In this document: one piece after another, positions 51,658-63,600 of the stretch
Numbering within the stretch: the first letter of the stretch is position 1
How the letters are laid out: each line of letters begins with the position of its first letter
Assembly: GCA_965215015.1 (NCBI GenBank)
Contig: OZ244042.1
Coordinates: forward strand, 1,120,001 to 1,184,000
Origin: Candidatus Poribacteria bacterium
GTDB taxonomy: Bacteria; Poribacteria; WGA-4E; PCPOR2b
Reading direction: 5' to 3'
DNA: 64,000 nucleotides
Translations under genes and position numbers: made by a program
Notes under the pieces: generated by a model
What the model saw: only the letters and a program-made list of their open reading frames with translations
What the model was told of the DNA's origin: nothing
Databases searched by the model: none

Positions 51658-54600
51658 CTTTTAATCGAACCAGTGTGGAATTGAAACATACTATGCTCGT
51701 CTACCTCGCCGAGGTAAGTCTCTCCTTTTAATCGAACCAGTGTGGAATTGAAACGCGCGTTTGGCAAGCAGATCGTCCATCGTTTCAATCTTTTAATCGA
51801 ACCAGTGTGGAATTGAAACGTTGGCAGGACGTTGAGTTTAACCACTTCACCTGCCGCTTTTAATCGAACCAGTGTGGAATTGAAACGAAGGAAGTTGCGA
51901 AGGAGGTGCAAGCATGATTGGCACTTTTAATCGAACCAGTGTGGAATTGAAACATAGTAAACATGCCAAGACGCCTTATAGACGCCTTTACTTTTAATCG
52001 AACCAGTGTGGAATTGAAACTCGCGACGGTCGTGATTCACCGACAGGGGCAACCCTTCTTTTAATCGAACCAGTGTGGAATTGAAACTTACGTCACCGGC
52101 TTGGCTTGGCTCCTGTTCTAAGCCTTTTAATCGAACCAGTGTGGAATTGAAACGTCCCCTCGCCGACGGTATAATCTTGACCGGGCCAGCTTTTAATCGA
52201 ACCAGTGTGGAATTGAAACATCTGAAAGCTATAGCTAAGCGGCTTGCTCAAGTTCGGCTTTTAATCGAACCAGTGTGGAATTGAAACACGGAAAAGGGTC
52301 GGTTCTCAGAAGCGTTTGCATATTCTTTTAATCGAACCAGTGTGGAATTGAAACTGGATTCAAAAACGACTAACGGACTCGAAATCTCAACTTTTAATCG
52401 AACCAGTGTGGAATTGAAACAAAACTAGAACTTCTTTTAAGCCTGCCTTAACCTTGCTTTTAATCGAACCAGTGTGGAATTGAAACATATCCAAGCCGTC
52501 AAGCTCCGCCAACGCCTGGGCACTTTTAATCGAACCAGTGTGGAATTGAAACCGCCGAACCGATTGGAGGAAGGGCAGGGGGGTCAACCTTTTAATCGAA
52601 CCAGTGTGGAATTGAAACAAGTTTAAAAGGGAGATTTACAATGCCTGTGCAAACCACTTTTAATCGAACCAGTGTGGAATTGAAACTCTTTCGGTTGACT
52701 CAACCGAAAATCATCAGTGCGAGCTTTTAATCGAACCAGTGTGGAATTGAAACAGATACCGTCGAACGAATCATGAAACGCCTCCTCACTCTTTTAATCG
52801 AACCAGTGTGGAATTGAAACCGCCTTCAAATGTCCAGTCTTGAACTACCCAGTCCTCCTTTTAATCGAACCAGTGTGGAATTGAAACATGCAACAGGGGT
52901 ATCGGGTGTATCTGGGGATGGCGCCTTTTAATCGAACCAGTGTGGAATTGAAACAAGCCGGTCATATCTTCATAAATCCGCATCGCGAGGCCTTTTAATC
53001 GAACCAGTGTGGAATTGAAACTTCCACCACGCGGCTGTATACGTAGTGCCGATCACCCTTTTAATCGAACCAGTGTGGAATTGAAACGCATTCGTCGAAT
53101 TGCAGATCAGTTGTCTTGAAGTAACTTTTAATCGAACCAGTGTGGAATTGAAACATCGCTGTATCATCAAAACTGCCCGCCGCATCCCCGCTTTTAATCG
53201 AACCAGTGTGGAATTGAAACATTTTCGCGATACGTCTCTTCCATCATACCGCGTCGCTTTTAATCGAACCAGTGTGGAATTGAAACAGGATCAGATACGC
53301 AGAATACGCACTCTGCGCCGCCTTTTAATCGAACCAGTGTGGAATTGAAACGTCCCCTTATGGACCCCGGAGTTAACGGTTGGGCCACTTTTAATCGAAC
53401 CAGTGTGGAATTGAAACGTGAGGTTCATCTCAGAGATGGTACGAATGTGTCCGACTTTTAATCGAACCAGTGTGGAATTGAAACCCATATTAAGGCCATG
53501 ATGCCTAGAATAGGAAGACACTTTTAATCGAACCAGTGTGGAATTGAAACGATTGCGACGCAAGAGATTGCAGCGGACACGCAGCCCTTTTAATCGAACC
53601 AGTGTGGAATTGAAACTTGCCCTCGCCGACGGTATAATCTTGACCGGGCCAGCTTTTAATCGAACCAGTGTGGAATTGAAACTTACCCGCCGTGCTTCCA
53701 ATTTCTTTTTCCAAGACACACTTTTAATCGAACCAGTGTGGAATTGAAACCTGTCCCCGACTTTTTGGCGATGAACTCGTTGCCCACTTTTAATCGAACC
53801 AGTGTGGAATTGAAACATGCAATCCAAAACCGCATCCTGAGGCCGCTTGTCGTCTTTTAATCGAACCAGTGTGGAATTGAAACACCCGCTACTCAAAAAC
53901 AATCGGGGCAGATCGATGACTTTTAATCGAACCAGTGTGGAATTGAAACACTGGAAATAGTTGTTGTTCGGATCGAGACTGGCCTTTTAATCGAACCAGT
54001 GTGGAATTGAAACTTAGGACTGGGTGTTGTCCCAGTCTTCTTGTTCCCTGCTCATTACGAAGCACTGGGCTTCGTAAAGGTCAACTTTTAATCGAACCAG
54101 TGTGGAATTGAAACTATGTTTGGCGGCTTCAAGCTTGCGGTCTTTTTCCTTCTTTTAATCGAACCAGTGTGGAATTGAAACTAAATCCGCATCGCGAGGC
54201 GTAACGGCACGCCGAGCGCTTTTAATCGAACCAGTGTGGAATTGAAACAAGATCGACTTTGACTCTACATCTTTGGTGTTTTCACTTTTAATCGAACCAG
54301 TGTGGAATTGAAACGTTCGCCTCGACTTCGGATTTGAGAGACTGAATCTCCTTTTAATCGAACCAGTGTGGAATTGAAACACAAACCCCCATGGGAACAA
54401 ATCCTGCGTTTCCATTCTTTTAATCGAACCAGTGTGGAATTGAAACGTTTTCTCCAGTACGCAGGGCTCGAAGAGTTCATGCGCCTTTTAATCGAACCAG
54501 TGTGGAATTGAAACAACTCATAACGGCTTAAAAAATCAGCTAACACCTCTCTTTTAATCGAACCAGTGTGGAATTGAAACTGGTCTTTTTTTGCCGCTTC

Positions 54601-57600
54601 CAGTTCGTTCTCAGCTTTTAATCGAACCAGTGTGGAATTGAAACCTGTCCGCTATCTTGAGCTTTCCAGCGCCGGCACCTTCTTTTAATCGAACCAGTGT
54701 GGAATTGAAACAAACCCTTCTCAAACGTGCGGAATATCGGATTCGCGCTTTTAATCGAACCAGTGTGGAATTGAAACACAGGTAGCCTGCCATGTCCGCG
54801 AGACGAAGTTTGGGCTTTTAATCGAACCAGTGTGGAATTGAAACAAATACTCGAACTCACAGGCGCTTACAGGAGAATTGCTTTTAATCGAACCAGTGTG
54901 GAATTGAAACTGCTCCTCACCCGAAAATGTCGTAATCGGGATGAACCTTTTAATCGAACCAGTGTGGAATTGAAACGGACTCAGCGGCGCCCACGTGCCG
55001 TTGCCCTGCGACTCACTTTTAATCGAACCAGTGTGGAATTGAAACTCATTCCCCGTCATTCGTACTTCCCACGGGGTTTCCTTTTAATCGAACCAGTGTG
55101 GAATTGAAACCGACGTAAATACGTATACTCTTGCCAATCCCAACCGCTTTTAATCGAACCAGTGTGGAATTGAAACAAGAGAAAGGATACCTATCACAAA
55201 CACCGAAAGCGCACTTTTAATCGAACCAGTGTGGAATTGAAACTGCGTCGCAATTCTCCTGTAAGCGCCTGTGAGTTCGCTTTTAATCGAACCAGTGTGG
55301 AATTGAAACTAGTCACTATGGTGTCCATAGTGATAGTGAGATAGCCTTTTAATCGAACCAGTGTGGAATTGAAACCACCCTTCGTGCATGATACTCACTT
55401 CTATGTTAATCACTTTTAATCGAACCAGTGTGGAATTGAAACCTTTACAGGTTAAAGACCTATTGAATGTTATCCATACTTTTAATCGAACCAGTGTGGA
55501 ATTGAAACCGAGCTGAATAAGCTAGGGATAAAGGAAAGCCTAGCCTTTTAATCGAACCAGTGTGGAATTGAAACAGACCAAAAGCACGATTTGCCAAGGT
55601 GTATAGTTTTTCTTTTAATCGAACCAGTGTGGAATTGAAACGCGAGTCTAGGAAAAAGAACTAGGGTTTTCAGCGATTCTTTTAATCGAACCAGTGTGGA
55701 ATTGAAACATCGCAGCGGGCCTTTTCAAACTGGACAGGATTACGCTTTTAATCGAACCAGTGTGGAATTGAAACACGAACGCAGATTTGACGGATGCCCA
55801 TATAGGCGGGCTTTTAATCGAACCAGTGTGGAATTGAAACATGCTAACAACATTGCTTTACACGCTAGAACGAGTGACTTTTAATCGAACCAGTGTGGAA
55901 TTGAAACTCCAGAGTCATGATTGGCGCTAAAACGTCTTTAAGACTTTTAATCGAACCAGTGTGGAATTGAAACATGGCCATGCGGGTTTGAAGCCGATCA
56001 CGCCAAAAAACTTTTAATCGAACCAGTGTGGAATTGAAACATAGGCATGCGGGTTTGAAGCCGATCACGCCAAAAACTTTTAATCGAACCAGTGTGGAAT
56101 TGAAACTTTCCCAGCTGCTTATACTGGCATTATACCTAACTTGCTTTTAATCGAACCAGTGTGGAATTGAAACGTGTCAGTCTTTGACGCTTCCGCTGGA
56201 TCGCCGTCGCTTTTAATCGAACCAGTGTGGAATTGAAACCGATGAGATTCGACTCCTTGCAGAGGAGTCCGTCGAACTTTTAATCGAACCAGTGTGGAAT
56301 TGAAACCTGTAAATGCGCCTGAGCTCAGACGCTATTGAGGTGCCTTTTAATCGAACCAGTGTGGAATTGAAACTGTTCTTGTGGATATACGCTTGAACGT
56401 AAAGCAATCCTTTTAATCGAACCAGTGTGGAATTGAAACAAACTCTTCCATGCTAAGGTTGCTTATGGTATCCGACTTTTAATCGAACCAGTGTGGAATT
56501 GAAACACAAAGGCAACCCTTTTTTGTAGCCATCCCGCATCTGACTTTTAATCGAACCAGTGTGGAATTGAAACTGACGCCATCTTCGAAGCGAGGCAAGA
56601 CTTCTGGCGTCTTTTAATCGAACCAGTGTGGAATTGAAACTAGGCAATCGGTAAACACGCAGTTCATTACTAACAACTTTTAATCGAACCAGTGTGGAAT
56701 TGAAACCTCTCACGCGTGCATGCGTAATAGCGTCATGCTTGCGCTTTTAATCGAACCAGTGTGGAATTGAAACGAATGAGAACGCGGGCAAAGGGCTGTT
56801 TGTGAAAACCTTTTAATCGAACCAGTGTGGAATTGAAACTCATAACGCAGCTGCAGCGTCGCACCGATCTTGGTAGCTTTTAATCGAACCAGTGTGGAAT
56901 TGAAACATAATCTTGCCATCGTCATCCGTCTCCTCGGCGATCCTTTTAATCGAACCAGTGTGGAATTGAAACTATGATAGAACACCATAACCGCGTGTTC
57001 AAACTTTGGCTTTTAATCGAACCAGTGTGGAATTGAAACCCGTTTTGATGGATGACGCCATCTTCAAACTCAATCTGCTTTTAATCGAACCAGTGTGGAA
57101 TTGAAACAAGTCACAACCTTCCGACCATGACGTTAGGCTTTTACTTTTAATCGAACCAGTGTGGAATTGAAACGTTAGCACGGGCAATCGTCGAGTTGTT
57201 AGAAAAGCTCTTTTAATCGAACCAGTGTGGAATTGAAACTTCCGTCAGACGTTGACCAAAGCGTTTGCCTCCATACTTTTAATCGAACCAGTGTGGAATT
57301 GAAACTCGGTCTTAAAATACAACTCAATACGCATTCTCTTACTTTTAATCGAACCAGTGTGGAATTGAAACCGGGTTTGAGTACAGCGGTGGGGTCGTAT
57401 GGTATGACTTTTAATCGAACCAGTGTGGAATTGAAACTCGTGATTCATAATCGGTTCTAAAACGTCTTTCAAAACTTTTAATCGAACCAGTGTGGAATTG
57501 AAACAGCGGCTCCGCTTCTTTGATCACGACAATCATCGTACTTTTAATCGAACCAGTGTGGAATTGAAACAACGGGTCTGCGTTGAGATTCAGTTTCGCG

Positions 57601-60600
57601 GTGGGGCTTTTAATCGAACCAGTGTGGAATTGAAACGTCTGTTCTGTCTGCGGCAATGACTGGCGCGACTACCTTTTAATCGAACCAGTGTGGAATTGAA
57701 ACGTGAGCTTGGCGTGGTGGGTTTTGACCCAAGGGTCGGACTTTTAATCGAACCAGTGTGGAATTGAAACTTATCTTCACTGTTGATGACCGTGATTTCG
57801 ACTTCATCTTTTAATCGAACCAGTGTGGAATTGAAACTTCCACCACGCGGCTGTATACGTAGTGCCGATCACCGCTTTTAATCGAACCAGTGTGGAATTG
57901 AAACTGGTTTCAACGACGCCCTCTCCCCCGGTGGGTATGCGCTTTTAATCGAACCAGTGTGGAATTGAAACTGGTTCTTACTTGTGTGCAGAATCTCTAC
58001 TAACATCTTTTAATCGAACCAGTGTGGAATTGAAACACTTCCGGGTTTCGTGCGTGTCCCACTGGTCGAATCCCTTTTAATCGAACCAGTGTGGAATTGA
58101 AACACCTTTGCGGCTTTCGCGAGCTCGTCGTGCAACCCTTCTTTTAATCGAACCAGTGTGGAATTGAAACACTAATGCCATCGTAATCTCCTCAGTTAAG
58201 TTGTTGCTTTTAATCGAACCAGTGTGGAATTGAAACTTGGTGCTACTGGTCTGGAACGAAAGTGTAAGCTTGCTTTTAATCGAACCAGTGTGGAATTGAA
58301 ACTTTTCAATCTCCTTTGTTGCGGTTGGTAGCTCTGCATCTTTTAATCGAACCAGTGTGGAATTGAAACCGACTAATGCCGCGCCGGCTGGCTTCTGCCT
58401 TGAGTATGCTTTTAATCGAACCAGTGTGGAATTGAAACATCTCATTACAATCTCCATGTTTACGAAAAATATAGCTTTTAATCGAACCAGTGTGGAATTG
58501 AAACCTGCATGCATACGCACGCATGACGCTAGGGCTCCTGCTTTTAATCGAACCAGTGTGGAATTGAAACGTGTTGGCACGCCCGGTAGTCGCGCCAGTC
58601 GTTGCCCTTTTAATCGAACCAGTGTGGAATTGAAACATTGATAAACTGCATATTCAAAAATCTCCTTTGATTGCTTTTAATCGAACCAGTGTGGAATTGA
58701 AACCGGTGTATGTCCCCGGCTGCCACTCAGGGACCCTTGCCTTTTAATCGAACCAGTGTGGAATTGAAACTACTCACTGCTGATTTTCGACCGACGGGGT
58801 TTCTTGCTTTTAATCGAACCAGTGTGGAATTGAAACCTTTGTTTCTGTCGTGTGCAGAATCTCTACCAACATCTTTTAATCGAACCAGTGTGGAATTGAA
58901 ACACTGCCGTGAGATACCTTGAGATCAGGCAAGTCCTTCTTTTAATCGAACCAGTGTGGAATTGAAACTGTTCCCCGTTGTTTTGCAACGCGTCCAGTTC
59001 ACTGCTTTTAATCGAACCAGTGTGGAATTGAAACTGGCCACTCGGTTCTAAGACGAGGTTGTTAGCCTCGCTTTTAATCGAACCAGTGTGGAATTGAAAC
59101 CTGAAACTGGGGTATTCACCGGCCGTGTAACCACCGACTTTTAATCGAACCAGTGTGGAATTGAAACTCGTGCAACCCTTTGATCTCCGCTTGCTTCTGC
59201 TGGCTTTTAATCGAACCAGTGTGGAATTGAAACGCGGGATGCAGCTGGTCAGCATCTTCTTTGTAGTTCTCTTTTAATCGAACCAGTGTGGAATTGAAAC
59301 TCAGCTTGACACAAGACCGATGCAACACGCATCGTACTTTTAATCGAACCAGTGTGGAATTGAAACAAATCTCCTTTTAGTTAAAACCTAAATTATTGAA
59401 CCCTTTTAATCGAACCAGTGTGGAATTGAAACGAGTCTGCCTTGTCGCTCTTGTTCGTGCTGTATGTACTTTTAATCGAACCAGTGTGGAATTGAAACAG
59501 AGCCCAGAGACATGGTCTTGTTATTTTTCGGATACTTTTAATCGAACCAGTGTGGAATTGAAACATCGGCTTGATCTCCCAACACGTCTTCAAAGCCGTC
59601 CTTTTAATCGAACCAGTGTGGAATTGAAACTTGCACCGTCGCAGTCATCGTACTCTTAACCATGTCTCTTTTAATCGAACCAGTGTGGAATTGAAACCGT
59701 TGTTAATCGCTAATAACGACTGCACCAGGGGTTGCTTTTAATCGAACCAGTGTGGAATTGAAACGCATAGACAAGTTAGAACATGTATCTGACATCATAT
59801 CTTTTAATCGAACCAGTGTGGAATTGAAACAAACGCACATGCGTCGTAATAGCGTCTATAATCGGTCTTTTAATCGAACCAGTGTGGAATTGAAACGAGT
59901 TTGCCCCTGTCGTCCCACGCGTACTGTTGGAGCTTTTAATCGAACCAGTGTGGAATTGAAACACGTTTGACCAATCCCCAGCCCGTCGCGACGGTCGTGC
60001 TTTTAATCGAACCAGTGTGGAATTGAAACTATGTTTGGCGGCTTCAAGCTTGCGGTCTTTCTCCTCTTTTAATCGAACCAGTGTGGAATTGAAACTCGCT
60101 CGAGTATGCAGAAACCGAAACATTTTTAACACTTTTAATCGAACCAGTGTGGAATTGAAACTGGTTCATTCATAACGGTTTCTTCGATTTCTCGCACCTT
60201 TTAATCGAACCAGTGTGGAATTGAAACTCTTTTGGTTCGGGTATGTTACAACCTAAGCAACAGACTTTTAATCGAACCAGTGTGGAATTGAAACAGCACA
60301 GCCTCACTACGTTTTGCCTGACTGATTTGACTTTTAATCGAACCAGTGTGGAATTGAAACATCGCATCAACGCGAAAGAACGGAAACGCGAGGCGGCTTT
60401 TAATCGAACCAGTGTGGAATTGAAACTAGACGCGTCATCGTGATCGCCAATGTCAATACCTGCTTTTAATCGAACCAGTGTGGAATTGAAACAATATCTC
60501 CGCCTCGCGTTTCCGTTCTTTCGCGTTGACTTTTAATCGAACCAGTGTGGAATTGAAACTCTTTCGGTTGACTCAACCGAAAATCATCGGCACGCCTTTT

Positions 60601-63600
60601 AATCGAACCAGTGTGGAATTGAAACAAACCCGCAAGTGGTTAGGATGCTTTACCCGATAAACCTTTTAATCGAACCAGTGTGGAATTGAAACTGATTTAG
60701 GTAAATCCCGGTAACGTGGTGGAAATGGCTTTTAATCGAACCAGTGTGGAATTGAAACGATAAACTCAACGGTCATTTGCTGGTTCTCAACAGTCTTTTA
60801 ATCGAACCAGTGTGGAATTGAAACCAACTTCCTTAAGAAGGGCAAGCACATCTAATCTGCCTTTTAATCGAACCAGTGTGGAATTGAAACGTGTCAGGTA
60901 CTGAAATCCAGATGCCTCTGCGGATGGCTTTTAATCGAACCAGTGTGGAATTGAAACCCGGCCGGCTTGCTTTACCCGATAAAGGTAAAGCCGTCTTTTA
61001 ATCGAACCAGTGTGGAATTGAAACATGTCCAGGACTTCCCAACATTGGTCAACTTCATTCCACTTTTAATCGAACCAGTGTGGAATTGAAACGTATAATG
61101 CCCACCAGAGATCGACAAGGGATGCCGGCTTTTAATCGAACCAGTGTGGAATTGAAACATGAAGTTACTGACGGCGTCTAACACAACCCAGTTACTTTTA
61201 ATCGAACCAGTGTGGAATTGAAACCCGGCCGGCTTGCTTTACCCGATAAAGGTAAAGCCGTCTTTTAATCGAACCAGTGTGGAATTGAAACATTCACTGG
61301 CGTTCATGCTGGTTCTCCTTAAGTTGTGCTTTTAATCGAACCAGTGTGGAATTGAAACATATGAGTCCCAGTTACTTTATACTCACCCATTGCCTTTTAA
61401 TCGAACCAGTGTGGAATTGAAACTTTACCAGCGAGGGTCGATCGCTGATATGCCTAGTACCCTTCTAATCGAACCAGTGTGGAATTGAAACTGGATTCAG
61501 GCGTGTGATTAGACGTCGGCGTGCATCGCTTCTAATCGAACCAGTGTGGAATTGAAACAAGGGATGATCGGGCGTGGCGTCAACACCCGCTTGGCCTTCT
61601 AATCGAACCAGTGTGGAATTGAAACTTAACATCAGGTCAGATAGGTTATTGCCACCACACTCTTCTAATCGAACCAGTGTGGAATTGAAACACAGCCCTG
61701 ATCCATCATTGTTGCCATAATGTCCTCCTTCTAATCGAACCAGTGTGGAATTGAAACACGGACGGAACGCCGCAGCAGTACCCACCTGCCCTACTTCTAA
61801 TCGAACCAGTGTGGAATTGAAACGGAGGCCTGGTTGATGACCTCCCGCACCGTTGACGGCTTCTAATCGAACCAGTGTGGAATTGAAACTAGGGTCCTTC
61901 TGTCCATTTTGCTTTGGCAATATACACTTCTAATCGAACCAGTGTGGAATTGAAACAAGCATAGGATATTCCTATCTTCATTAATTTTTATTACTTCTAA
62001 TCGAACCAGTGTGGAATTGAAACCTGGGATATGCCTCTGCTAAGGTTACTTTTGTTCCTTCTTCTAATCGAACCAGTGTGGAATTGAAACTGGGTTGAAA
62101 TTCTCTGCTACGATGTTGTATATGGTCTTCTAATCGAACCAGTGTGGAATTGAAACCTGTCCCCATCATATACAAGATTGATAAGTATAATCGCTTCTAA
62201 TCGAACCAGTGTGGAATTGAAACGTGGTTAGAATGACCTATTGTGTAAATCATTAGTGCCTCTTCTAATCGAACCAGTGTGGAATTGAAACCCGGGCGTC
62301 CCGATTTCAGATAACACCGGCCGCTCGTACTTCTAATCGAACCAGTGTGGAATTGAAACGCGTTCAAGACGTCCTGAGTCACTTTGAGAATCTTGCTTCT
62401 AATCGAACCAGTGTGGAATTGAAACGTTGAATCAAAACCCGCATTGTGCAACGCGCGGCCGACTTCTAATCGAACCAGTGTGGAATTGAAACACAGGATT
62501 AGGATTGCCCAGTTTAGTACTCTTAACACTTCTAATCGAACCAGTGTGGAATTGAAACCCCTCAAACTTGAGGGTTTCATTTCGGTTGTCGCTCACTTCT
62601 AATCGAACCAGTGTGGAATTGAAACGAGAGTTTCAGTTGAGTGATTCATCTTGATACCTTTCTTCTAATCGAACCAGTGTGGAATTGAAACGAAACTGCG
62701 AAGCCCCTCCGCATATTCCTCATCAGTCTTCTAATCGAACCAGTGTGGAATTGAAACTGATAATTCTCCTTGCCTTAGTAGGCATTGTGTAGGCCTTCTA
62801 ATCGAACCAGTGTGGAATTGAAACTTGAAGTTACGATAAACCCTATAAAGGACCTTCTGACTTCTAATCGAACCAGTGTGGAATTGAAACCCAACCGTGC
62901 CGTCTGCTCCGATGGGGGCGCATGCTTCTAATCGAACCAGTGTGGAATTGAAACACGGTATCAATGAGCGTCGGTTCATGAACCTGACTGCTTCTAATCG
63001 AACCAGTGTGGAATTGAAACATTGGAACATTTTTCTTTTCTAACGTTCTCATTACACCTTCTAATCGAACCAGTGTGGAATTGAAACAGATTTCAAAGTA
63101 GTACCGTACCGACGCTTCGAGACTTCTAATCGAACCAGTGTGGAATTGAAACTGAATTAAGCTATCCTGGCCCTGTGACGGTGCTTTGCTTCTAATCGAA
63201 CCAGTGTGGAATTGAAACGTATCATCTTGGGAAACTAAAAACGGGTGAGTCACAGCTTCTAATCGAACCAGTGTGGAATTGAAACAAGGGGGGGCATTCC
63301 TTATAGTCGGAATCCAATCGACTTCTAATCGAACCAGTGTGGAATTGAAACGGAGCCTAACGACATGGTCTTATTGTTCTTAGGATACTTCTAATCGAAC
63401 CAGTGTGGAATTGAAACGATGAGTAGACTCAACCAAGACCTCAAAGACATAACCCTTCTAATCGAACCAGTGTGGAATTGAAACGAGTCCAACGATCGTG
63501 CTTTCCGTTTCAGTCGAGTCACTTCTAATCGAACCAGTGTGGAATTGAAACTAGCAATAGAGGAAATATAAATCAAGGTCGTAAAGGACTTCTAATCGAA

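Noticed and set aside
53551-57077. Further short spacer overlaps (53551 with 55244; 56574 with 57040)
   Set aside because: Only 11-13 nt with disagreeing flanks, so they were not used for PAM inference.
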